This document shows, piece after piece, positions 6,883-14,565 of a stretch of 14,618 nt of DNA; positions within the stretch are counted from its first letter, which is position 1, and every line of letters begins with the position of its first letter. Under the pieces are notes generated by a model. The model was not told the origin of the DNA and made no database searches. It was given only the letters and a program-made list of their open reading frames with translations. This DNA is from Candidatus Eiseniibacteriota bacterium (lineage in GTDB: Bacteria > Eisenbacteria > RBG-16-71-46 > JABDJR01 > JAWXBZ01): positions 1 through 14,618 of the forward strand of contig JAWXBZ010000060.1 in the NCBI GenBank assembly GCA_034440375.1, given 5' to 3'. Made by a program: the position numbers and the translations under genes.

Positions 6883-9540
6883 TCACTGGCCTTTCAGGAC
6901 CTGAGCCAGCCCTTCCAGCACAGCGGCCAAGGTGGCGGCAGTCTCCGGTGGAGCTTCGATCGTGAGCCCTCCCTCATCCGTTCGGCGGACCTTCAGGCCT
7001 GCGAAAAGGGTCCGGATGTCCCCTGCGGGCGGCGGGGCTTCAGGCATCCGGGCACTCTCCGCCGTGCCGGGACCTGCGCTTCCCGGACGAAGCGATGAAT
7101 CCTGCGACTCGTCGGCGGCTGAAACGACTTCGTCCAGTTCCGCCTCGACCGCTCCGGACGCTTCAGCCGACGCACCATCCAGATCAGGCGCATCTGGGAT
7201 CGCCGGCTTTTCGATGAGCCGTTCCATCGTACTCAGGAACGACCCCGAGCGCTCGAATCGGATTTCGTCGCTGGCACCGTCAAACAACCCCGTGAAGAGT
7301 GCCCGCTTGTCCGCCACGACCGCCGCGATGCGGGCTTCGATGCAGTCCTGACTCACCAGATTGTAGACGTCAATCGGCCACTTCTGGCCGAGACGGTTAA
7401 TGCGTCCGATCCTCTGCTCCAGCACCGCCGGGTTCCAAGGGAGTTCGATATTGATGCAACAGGTGGCGGCCTTTTGAAGATTCAGCCCAACGCCGCCCGC
7501 GTCGGTAGCAAAGAAGATACGGGTGTCAGGGTCATCGTGGAAAGCCACAATATTGGCTGTCCGCTGCTTCTGACTCTCCTGACCCGTGAAGAAAACAGAT
7601 CGGACGCCGGAATCGCGGAGGATATCCCGAACGGCCCATTGGGCCAGAGCCAGCATCCGGCGCCACTGGCTAAAGACAACGATCTTGCGACCCTGCTCAA
7701 CGACCACCTGGTTAACAATCTCGCGAAACTCGAGTAGCTTCGGAGTTCCGAGGCCGCGGAGCAGCGCCGGTTCCGGGTCTTCAATGCCGGAGATGTCGGG
7801 CCAGACAGTGGCGAATTCCGCCTGGGCCATTCCGTTTGAGATGATGCGCTGCGTGGTCAGGAGACTCATGAGTCGCAGAAACTGCGAGGGGCTGAGCGGC
7901 CGTTTTCTGGCGATCGACATCAATTGGGCGATTGGCTGGTTCAGCGCGTCGTGCGAATCGCGTTGCTCTTCGCTCAGTTCGACGGGGACGACTGTGTCCG
8001 TCCGTGGTGGCAGCTGGCGGAGCACCTCCTGGCGGCGGCGGCGCAGCATGCAGGCGGATAAACGAAGTCGCAACGTGTCCAGATTGCGCGCCCCGACTAC
8101 CTGCTTGGACCCATCGGCAAATGTCGAATGCGCCGGCGTGAGACGCCACTTTGGCTCGAGCGCATGGTTGTCCACCCACTCGATCACCGACACAAGTTCA
8201 TCCAGGCAATTCTCCATCGGTGTTCCGGTGAGAATCATCCGGTAGTGCGGCTGAAGCGCCTTGATGCAGGCGGCCGTCTTCGTAGCCCAGTTTTTGATCC
8301 GTTGAGCCTCATCCAGAACTATCATGTCAGGCTTCAAAAGCTGAAGCGCCGGCAGGTCCCTGATCACCTGCTCGTAGTTCACGATGAAGAATCCGCGCCA
8401 GGAGCCCGACAATGTCTTTCGGCGTTCGGCGGCGCCACCCTCGACGACTCGGACGGGCGTGTCGGTGAACTGCTGCCACTCTCGCAGCCATTGAGGCTTG
8501 AGGCTCGCCGGCACGACGAGAATTCCGCGGCGCACTTTGCCCCCATGCCACAGTGCATGGCAGCAGGCGATGGCCTGGATCGTCTTCCCCAGACCCATGT
8601 CGTCGCCCAGCACAAGCCGGCCGGACGCAAGCATCCGTTCGACCCCCTCTACCTGATACGGGTAGAGCTTCCCCTTGAGAGTCCGAAGGGCCCTCGTCAG
8701 CGCCGGGCGGTCGGCGCGATCCGTCAGGACACGTTTGAGCCGCTGGGCCTCCATTCGAAGGAGAGAGTGCAGCGCCGGATCGGGGAGCCAGCCGCGGGGC
8801 GAACCGGTGGCCGGCCGCACTTCCAGGATTAGAAGCAGATCGGAGACCAGGCGACTCCGCTTCTCCGGGTCGTGGATCCAGGTTTCCCGCAACAAGCGTT
8901 CACCGGTCCGTGGACTGTCGAACCAGCGCCGGGCCGCACCGGCAATTTCAGCTGGGAGCTTCCCCGATGGGATTGCCCCCACGAGCGCGATGCGGGCCAG
9001 CCAGTCCCCCTCACCGGTCAGCGGTCTCACCGGATCCCAGCGGAATCGAGCATGAGTCGGCAATTCCGCAGCTGCCCGTGCCGACCTCGCGTAGGCATAT
9101 TGCTTCGGCTTGGAACAGATGTCGGCCAGGATGACGATGAGGTGCTTGCACACACCGAGGGAATTCCGCAGATAGTCCGGGCAATCACAGCTGCCACGCA
9201 CCGGCTCAATGGACTCGAGCACCGTCCGATACGGCCGCTCGGCCTGTCGGGCCCGACGCGTGGAGTAGCGCCCAAACAGGCGCCGGCCCGGCGGCCTCTC
9301 TGCGACACGCAGCGCCTCCTGCCGCGCCGAACCGACGCGCCGAAGGAGCGCCTCCATACCGGCGCGCTGGACGGACCAATCGGCGTCGCGATTCAGACTC
9401 AAGATGTGTCGGACCAGCAGTTCTTCCGGTATGGAGAGCGTCTTGCGGTGGGCCAATGAGGTCAGCGTGGCGAAGGCTTCGGTCTCTTCGATCGGGACGG
9501 TAGGTAGAGCGGAGCCAGCTTCGATTGTATTGGGTGTCAC
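6883..9540 (-). CDS. SWIM zinc-finger plus SNF2-family helicase/ATPase (~885 aa)
   Basis: SWIM motif GSCDCPDY...GVCKHL. SNF2 motifs LYPYQVEG, DDMGLGKT, DEAQRIKN, LTGTPMEN, GGVGLNLQ and WNPAVLEQRIGRINRLGQ. The GTG at 9540, with GGGAG 7 nt upstream, is preferred over the ORF-track start at 9738. Confidence 0.9.
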   Translation of the reverse strand: MTPNTIEAGSALPTVPIEETEAFATLTSLAHRKTLSIPEELLVRHILSLNRDADWSVQRAGMEALLRRVGSARQEALRVAERPPGRRLFGRYSTRRARQAERPYRTVLESIEPVRGSCDCPDYLRNSLGVCKHLIVILADICSKPKQYAYARSARAAAELPTHARFRWDPVRPLTGEGDWLARIALVGAIPSGKLPAEIAGAARRWFDSPRTGERLLRETWIHDPEKRSRLVSDLLLILEVRPATGSPRGWLPDPALHSLLRMEAQRLKRVLTDRADRPALTRALRTLKGKLYPYQVEGVERMLASGRLVLGDDMGLGKTIQAIACCHALWHGGKVRRGILVVPASLKPQWLREWQQFTDTPVRVVEGGAAERRKTLSGSWRGFFIVNYEQVIRDLPALQLLKPDMIVLDEAQRIKNWATKTAACIKALQPHYRMILTGTPMENCLDELVSVIEWVDNHALEPKWRLTPAHSTFADGSKQVVGARNLDTLRLRLSACMLRRRRQEVLRQLPPRTDTVVPVELSEEQRDSHDALNQPIAQLMSIARKRPLSPSQFLRLMSLLTTQRIISNGMAQAEFATVWPDISGIEDPEPALLRGLGTPKLLEFREIVNQVVVEQGRKIVVFSQWRRMLALAQWAVRDILRDSGVRSVFFTGQESQKQRTANIVAFHDDPDTRIFFATDAGGVGLNLQKAATCCINIELPWNPAVLEQRIGRINRLGQKWPIDVYNLVSQDCIEARIAAVVADKRALFTGLFDGASDEIRFERSGSFLSTMERLIEKPAIPDAPDLDGASAEASGAVEAELDEVVSAADESQDSSLRPGSAGPGTAESARMPEAPPPAGDIRTLFAGLKVRRTDEGGLTIEAPPETAATLAAVLEGLAQVLKGQ

Positions 9541-9709
9541 CGGGCAACTCCCATGCTGTGAGACTACGTCGGGGTCGACGGATCGAGTTGGTCCGTCCCT
9601 GACCCTGGCTATCGGAGCCTTGCGGCACTCTCCGCCGCCGGGAGAATATGTCCGAAAGGAGACCCGGGGAAAGCGGATGGGCGGAATGGGGCGGCAAGGG
9701 GATCCGGGA

Positions 9710-10246
9710 CCGCACCATCGCACCTGTCCGGGACACATCCGAGTCTCTCACACGGACCTGCCTCCCATCGTCGATTGGGAATGCACCGCGTTTCAGGATG
9801 CTGGAACGATTTCGGGTTGGGACGGGGGGCCGTGGGATCTGCGGGCATACCGCGACCACCGCGCAGCCTCAGCAGCCCACGTGACATTCGTCATCAGTGC
9901 GAAGGAGCACCGGCTTCTGCTCGCCTCTGATTCACTTGACATCGACGAACCAGCGCTTGCCTCATCCGCCACCTGGCGGCGGGGCCGGGTCGAACTGAGG
10001 GGAAGCCTTGAGGAGTACGAATCCGCGCGCGAGACCATCTGCGAGGAGTTGGAGCTGATGCCGCGAGGGCGAATGCGCGGCGTCCTCCGCGGACTGGCCA
10101 AGCGGATTCAAGAGACGCTGACGATCTCGCCACACGCGTTGAAGGCGCGTCAGGTCGAATGTCGTCTTGGACTCGTCCGTCAGAGTCCGAGGGAAGTGAA
10201 TTCAGGATTCACTTCGTCGACAAGTCGGGAGAGCACGGCTTCGTAG
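9710..10246 (+). pseudogene. 5'-truncated fragment of an uncharacterised, possibly Zn-ribbon-containing protein
   Basis: Protein-like stretch PHHRTCPGHIRVSHTDLPPIVDWECTAFQDAGTISGWDGGPWDLR...ELRGSLEEYESARETICEEL...LRGLAKRIQETL with no plausible start. From memory it resembles a family with CPG-xn-WxCxxC-D-G-ISGW. Not verified. Confidence 0.4.
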
Positions 10247-10612
10247 ACGGCCTGGGCCAAGCTCAATGCGTCCGTGGCCTCCGTGTCGCTCGGCTCATCC
10301 GGATCCCCCGGATAGCGAAACCTCCAGGCGTATTCTGTAAGGCCCGCAGCTCTACGAAGCACCCTCCAGCGTGGGATCCACAGCCACGCAGGCTTCCCCG
10401 ATCTCAATAAGATTGTGCGTCCTGCGAAAGGCCTGAGCGTGAAAAGTCAGGAACCCTTTCAGGGATTTCTCAGCCGCCTGCTGGGCATGAAACACAATAT
10501 CCGTGTTCAGCGAGGGGACTTCCCCGACTTCCAGCCGGCCAGCGCGGAGATCAACCAGTGCCTTCTTGAACCACGCCCTCGCTTCCCCAAGCGTACCGGG
10601 GTCAGGCGGCAT
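10180..10612 (-). pseudogene. HEPN-domain protein, frameshifted near 10363
   Basis: Frame 1 reads MPPDPGTLGEARAWFKKALVDL...FHAQQAAEKSLKGFL...RRTHNL...DPTLE. It continues in another frame as VLRRAAGLTEYAWRFRYPGD...ALSLAQAVYEAVLSRL. The junction is CTG GAG G GTG CTT. Confidence 0.85.
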
Positions 10613-10949
10613 AGAGCAGCTTGCCTTCCCGCAATACGGAAGCCGGCAGAGAAGCCACGACGTGCCGCCGGCTTTCAAACTGGGAATTCGTCCAGACGAC
10701 AACGTCCGCCGCGGCCCCGGTACCCCAGAGCACCTCGTAGGCCAGGCGCGCCCGGGTACGATCAGCCGGAGCATCACTTGGGACGATGACCAAAAGATCG
10801 TAGTCGCTGTTGGGTCCATCGTCTCCGCGGGCCTTCGACCCAAAAAGGTAGATGCTCTCCGGGCAATACGCGGCCACCAGACGGCCGACGATCTCCTCCA
10901 GGACAGGATCATTCACGAGATGGATTCCTGCGGTTTCGATTGGTTTCAT
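10602..10949 (-). CDS. Minimal nucleotidyltransferase (MNT antitoxin), 115 aa
   Basis: IYLFGSKARGDDGPNSDYDLLVIV motif. ATG at 10949 with GGGAAGG upstream gives the same length as the paralogue at 3814-4161. It overlaps the HEPN start by 11 nt. Confidence 0.9.
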   Translation of the reverse strand: MKPIETAGIHLVNDPVLEEIVGRLVAAYCPESIYLFGSKARGDDGPNSDYDLLVIVPSDAPADRTRARLAYEVLWGTGAAADVVVWTNSQFESRRHVVASLPASVLREGKLLYAA

Positions 10950-11214
10950 CGCCTTCCCAGCTTGGTCATCGCCCTTGGAATGCTCAACACCAAGTCGTGG
11001 CCCAATTGATTTGTTTGGGCCACTCAGGCCGACTATGACCGCCACCACGAGGGTAGGAGTCGACCTCGGACAGTTGGCTCGATTCTACCTCACCTGCGCG
11101 GAGGAGTCATCTTCTGGCTTTGCCACGCACAAGTTCGCTTGTGCGGACCAAGCCGCCCTTCCAGCGGCTACCCACTCCAGATTACTCTCCCACGCGAGAT
11201 CATGGAGGCCAACA

Positions 11215-12173
11215 GTGATTCCATTCATTGCTCAAACGGACAAACGGTGGTTTGACTTCCTGGCAAGTCGGGCGGTGGACGGCCGGATCGACGAAGCCAA
11301 CTTCTGGTCGCCGCGAGCGCAGCGGCCCATGAAACGCATGACCCCGGGCGAACCCGTCTTCTTTCGGTTGAAGTCCCCGTTCAACGCAATCGCGGGCTAT
11401 GGCTTCTTCTCCCATTTTGCGCGGCTCGACTGGAGGAGGCCTGGACGTTTTTTGAATGGAAGAATGGTGCAGTTGATGAGGAGACATTCTTTCGAAGTAT
11501 TGGCGGCTATCGGCACGAGGATCTTCTGCGCAAACGCGGCGACTCAGCCCCACTCGGGTGCACGCTGCTCCGGGATGTCCGATTCTGGCCTCGCAACCGA
11601 TGGATGCGTTGGGACGACGAGATGGGTTGGGCGCGGAACATCGTGCAGGGCAAGTCGGAGGATGATTCCGGACGGGCCGCAAACCTTCTGGCTCAGATCT
11701 CCATGGACTCTGTCCACCAAGAAACACTATCCGAGTTCACGGGGCGCTTCATGCCCCTTCAGGCGGACGAGCGTCGAATCATCGAAGCCCGGACCGCTCA
11801 ACGCGAGGGTCAGGGGGCATTCAAGGCCCGGCTACTCGACGCCTACGGCCGTCGGTGTGCGGTAACCGGCGAGAGAACCGAGCCGGTTCTCGAAGCCGCG
11901 CATATCCAGCCCTATCTCGCACCACGGAGCAACCATCTGCAGAATGGAATACTCCTTGCCGAGGAGTTTCACACCCTGTTTGACCGCGGATACGTGACGA
12001 TTACCCCGGACTACACGGTCCGAGTCTCATCTCGCATTCGCGACAAGTGGAGCAATGGTCGCCGCTATTATCAATACGACGATGTCCGGCTCACGCAGAT
12101 CCCGGACGACTCAATGAGTCGGCCAAGCCCCGACGCGCTCCAGTGGCACATGGAACATATCTTCAAACGGTGA
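11215..12173 (+). pseudogene. HNH endonuclease (putative restriction endonuclease with an N-terminal recognition domain), frameshifted at ~11430
   Basis: GTG at 11215 with a GGAGG SD. The N-terminus TDKRWFDFL...DEANFWSP...PGEPVFFRLKSP...IAGYGFF continues in the -1 frame as LEEAWTFFEWKNGA...LGCTLLRDVRFW...WARNIVQGK. The C-terminal HNH is CAVTGE...LEAAHIQPY...NGILL...HTLFDRG. Adding one C at GAC/CTG restores a 319-aa ORF. Confidence 0.85.
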
Positions 12174-12195
12174 CCAGGTCACCAGAAAAGTGAAG

Positions 12196-12279
12196 TGCCG
12201 GGGGCGGGAATCGAACCCGCACTGTCTTACGACAAGCAGATTTTAAGTCCGCAGCGTCTGCCAGTTTCGCCACCCCGGC
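12196..12279 (-). tRNA. tRNA-Leu(TAA), CCA not encoded
   Basis: Full cloverleaf: acceptor GCCGGGG/CCCCGGC+A, D arm GCG...TGGCAGA-CGC, anticodon arm GCGGA-CTTAAAA-TCTGC, long variable arm TGTC-GTAA-GACA and T arm GCGGG-TTCGATT-CCCGC. Confidence 0.96.
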
Positions 12280-12292
12280 GTGGGGACGGGTG

Positions 12293-12301
12293 ACGTTAGC
12301 A
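12293..12301 (-). promoter_or_regulatory. Possible extended -10 promoter for the tRNA
   Basis: TG-C-TAACGT on the minus strand, 13 nt upstream of tRNA position 1 and followed by a C-rich discriminator-like stretch. Confidence 0.35.
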
Positions 12302-12315
12302 CGACGGAAGCGGGC

Positions 12316-14058
12316 CTAACGGATCCGCAGGAGCTGCGTGCTGACCCGGCTCTGCCCGGCAGTCACGGTGACGAAGTACATCCCGTCCCCGGCGGGTCGC
12401 CCCTCGGCATCCAGGCCGTCCCACCGCAACAGGTGTTCGCCGGGCTCCATGACTGCCGACTGGACATCCCGAACCTTGCGTCCGCTGACGTCGAGAATCG
12501 TCACGCGCACCATCCCGGTGGCCGGCAGCGTCAAGGTGATGACGCTCGACCCGCGCGAGGGATTCGGGCTGACACGAAGCGCCAGTAAGTCCGCCACCGC
12601 CCCGGGCCCCACCGACGCTGTGCCGGGCGTGATGAGGACCTGCGTGCTGGCCTCCGTCACTGCCCCGTCGTTGTCCGTCACCTGGAGCGATACCTGGTAA
12701 CTCAGTGGACCCGTTTGAAGGTAGGTGTGAATCGGGTTCGGATCAGTCCTGTTGGCCGGGTAGCTGCTGTCGCCGAAATTCCAGAGCCACGAGACGATCG
12801 AGCCGTCCGGATCATGGCTTCCCGCCGAACTGAACTGGACCTGGAGCGGGCCCGGGCCACTGCCGGGATCGGCGGAGGCCATGGCGATCGGAATTTCATT
12901 GGCGGTGCCGCCGCCGGCGCTGAGCCGGACCGCCAGCGCGTTGTCGGAGCCGTCGGCGCCGAAGCTGCTGCCGACCGTCCAGGCATCGCACGCGCCGATT
13001 TTCGCCAATGCCCGCATCGAGATGCCGGTCGATCCCGGCACGTCCGGATTGGGGACGACCGTCCATTCGGTTCCGTCCCAGTGGCCGATGGTTCCTCCGA
13101 CCGCCCAGACATCGTCGGGCCCCATGGCCAGGACGTCGCCGGAACAGCCGACACAGGCCGTCGGCCCGCCCGGGCCGGTGATCAGGCTCCAGGTCGAGCC
13201 GTCCCAGTGAAGAAAGATCTGCCGGGAGATGACGCCGTCCCAGGCATCCCCGACGGCCCAGACGTCATTCGAGGCGGTCGCGGAGACGCCGTAGAGATGA
13301 TTGAGGCCCGGATAGTTGGGACTCGGCGTGATCGACCAGCTGGAACCGTTCCAGTGAAGGATGAGCGTCTGATAGTTTTCGGTCATGTTCCGGTAATAGC
13401 CGACCGCCCACACATCATTGGACGCGATGGCCGCCACATCCATCAGCGCGTGGCTGCGGTTGGAGATGTTCGGACTGGGGATCCGGGTCCAGCTCGTGCC
13501 GTCCCAGTGGGCGGTCAGGGTCACGGTGGTGGCCTGGAACTCCGGCAGGCCGCCGGCGCGATATCCCACGGCCCAGGCGTCATTGGCGTTCAGGGCGGTC
13601 ACGGCATCGAATCCCGATCCACCCGTGACGACCGGGCTCGGCACCACGAGCCACGCGGAGCCGTTCCAGCGCTCGAACAATGTCTGGGTGTTGCCGTAAC
13701 GCGTTGCGGTGCCCACGATCCACGCCGTTGTGGGAATGACCGCGGCGACGGCCTGGAAGACGGTGTCCTGAGTTCCGAGGCCCGGAGCCGATACGAGGCT
13801 CCAGTCCGTACCGTCCCAGTGATAGAGCCCACGCCAAACGGCCCACGCGTCGGTGGCCGATGAGGCCGAGACCGCGGCAAGTCCATGCCCGGCGGCTGCC
13901 GGCATGGAAACCGCGTTCCAGCTTCCGCACAAACTCTGGCCCTCGGCCGCCCCGACCCAGGCCACCAGGGCGAGGCTGGCGATCAGGCACTTGTTGAATC
14001 CGCGCACGTCTCTCATCCTTCCGTTGGTTGGCTCTCCGCTTCCAGCAACGGAAGCCAC
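12316..14058 (-). CDS. Secreted protein with a seven-repeat beta-propeller-like region, a PKD domain and a C-terminal FlgD-Ig/T9SS-sorting-like domain (580 aa)
   Basis: Signal peptide-like CLIASLALVAWVGAAEG-Q. Seven repeats of (A/D)V(S/A)A-xxx-D(A/V)WAVG...HW(D/N)GxxW. PKD motifs SHDPDGSIVSWLWNFGD and VTDNDG. C-terminal SPNPSRG...ILDVSGRKVR...WDGLDAEG...GMYFV. The GTG at 14058 has a GGGAGGT SD; the ATG at 14016 is an alternative start. Confidence 0.85.
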   Translation of the reverse strand: MASVAGSGEPTNGRMRDVRGFNKCLIASLALVAWVGAAEGQSLCGSWNAVSMPAAAGHGLAAVSASSATDAWAVWRGLYHWDGTDWSLVSAPGLGTQDTVFQAVAAVIPTTAWIVGTATRYGNTQTLFERWNGSAWLVVPSPVVTGGSGFDAVTALNANDAWAVGYRAGGLPEFQATTVTLTAHWDGTSWTRIPSPNISNRSHALMDVAAIASNDVWAVGYYRNMTENYQTLILHWNGSSWSITPSPNYPGLNHLYGVSATASNDVWAVGDAWDGVISRQIFLHWDGSTWSLITGPGGPTACVGCSGDVLAMGPDDVWAVGGTIGHWDGTEWTVVPNPDVPGSTGISMRALAKIGACDAWTVGSSFGADGSDNALAVRLSAGGGTANEIPIAMASADPGSGPGPLQVQFSSAGSHDPDGSIVSWLWNFGDSSYPANRTDPNPIHTYLQTGPLSYQVSLQVTDNDGAVTEASTQVLITPGTASVGPGAVADLLALRVSPNPSRGSSVITLTLPATGMVRVTILDVSGRKVRDVQSAVMEPGEHLLRWDGLDAEGRPAGDGMYFVTVTAGQSRVSTQLLRIR

Positions 14059-14132
14059 TTTGGACCTCCCCGGTCGTTCAAAATATGTGAATTGTCATGG
14101 TTCGCGCCGGTTGCGGTTTGAGAAGTTTCGGC

Positions 14133-14565
14133 ATGTCCCACGATCGCGCATTGCGCCCCGTTCTCGTCACCGGCGCCAGTACCGGCATCGGCCGCGCCAC
14201 CGCAGCGCGGCTGGCTGGCCTCGGCTACCCCGGCTTTGCCACGGCCCGGCGTGCGGGATACCTTGCCGAACTGGCCGCGGTAACGAACATCACACCAATT
14301 AGGCTGGATGTGCGGGCGCCGGGCGATGTCGCGGCCGCGCTCGAAAACCGTACATGCGGCCGGGCGAGGGCTGTACGCCCTGGTCAACAATGCCGGTGTC
14401 GGAGGCATCGGACCAATTGCGTCGTTCACCGACGACGAGGTCCGGGAATTGTTCGAGATCAACGTCCTCGGCGTGGTCCGGATGACGCGGACTTTTCTGC
14501 CGCTCGTGCTCGAGTCGGCTGGTCGCGTCGTGGTCGTCGGGTCGATGGGCGGCTCCATCGCCATG
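14133..14565 (+). pseudogene. SDR-family oxidoreductase, frameshifted and apparently truncated
   Basis: VLVTGASTGIG Rossmann motif and RLDV. An extra A in GAAAACC (14344-14347) shifts the frame, which continues LYALVNNAGV...FEINVLGVVRMTRTFLP...GRVVVVGSMGG. No YxxxK follows at the expected distance; the frame reads YGTERIPKTRRPRR to the window end. Confidence 0.8.

Larger units (their letters stand above)
2711..12248. mobile_element. ~9.5-kb genomic island integrated in tRNA-Leu(TAA), with no integrase gene inside
   Basis: Bounded by the direct repeat GATTTTAAGT (2711-2720 and 12239-12248) spanning the anticodon loop, with duplicated tRNA 3' halves. Cargo is TA, helicase and nuclease genes. 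Confidence 0.8.

Noticed and set aside
10355-11435. Programmed frameshifting or phase variation at the HEPN and HNH frameshifts
   Set aside because: Neither site has a slippery heptamer or long homopolymer (GAGGGTG; CTCGACTGG). Simple mutation or sequencing error is more likely.
12295-12320. GTTAGCA...GCCTAAC as an integron attC site, and the TA cluster as an integron cassette array
   Set aside because: The boxes are in the wrong order (attC is RYYYAAC...GTTRRRY) and too close together. I found no attC-like sites between the other genes and no intI.
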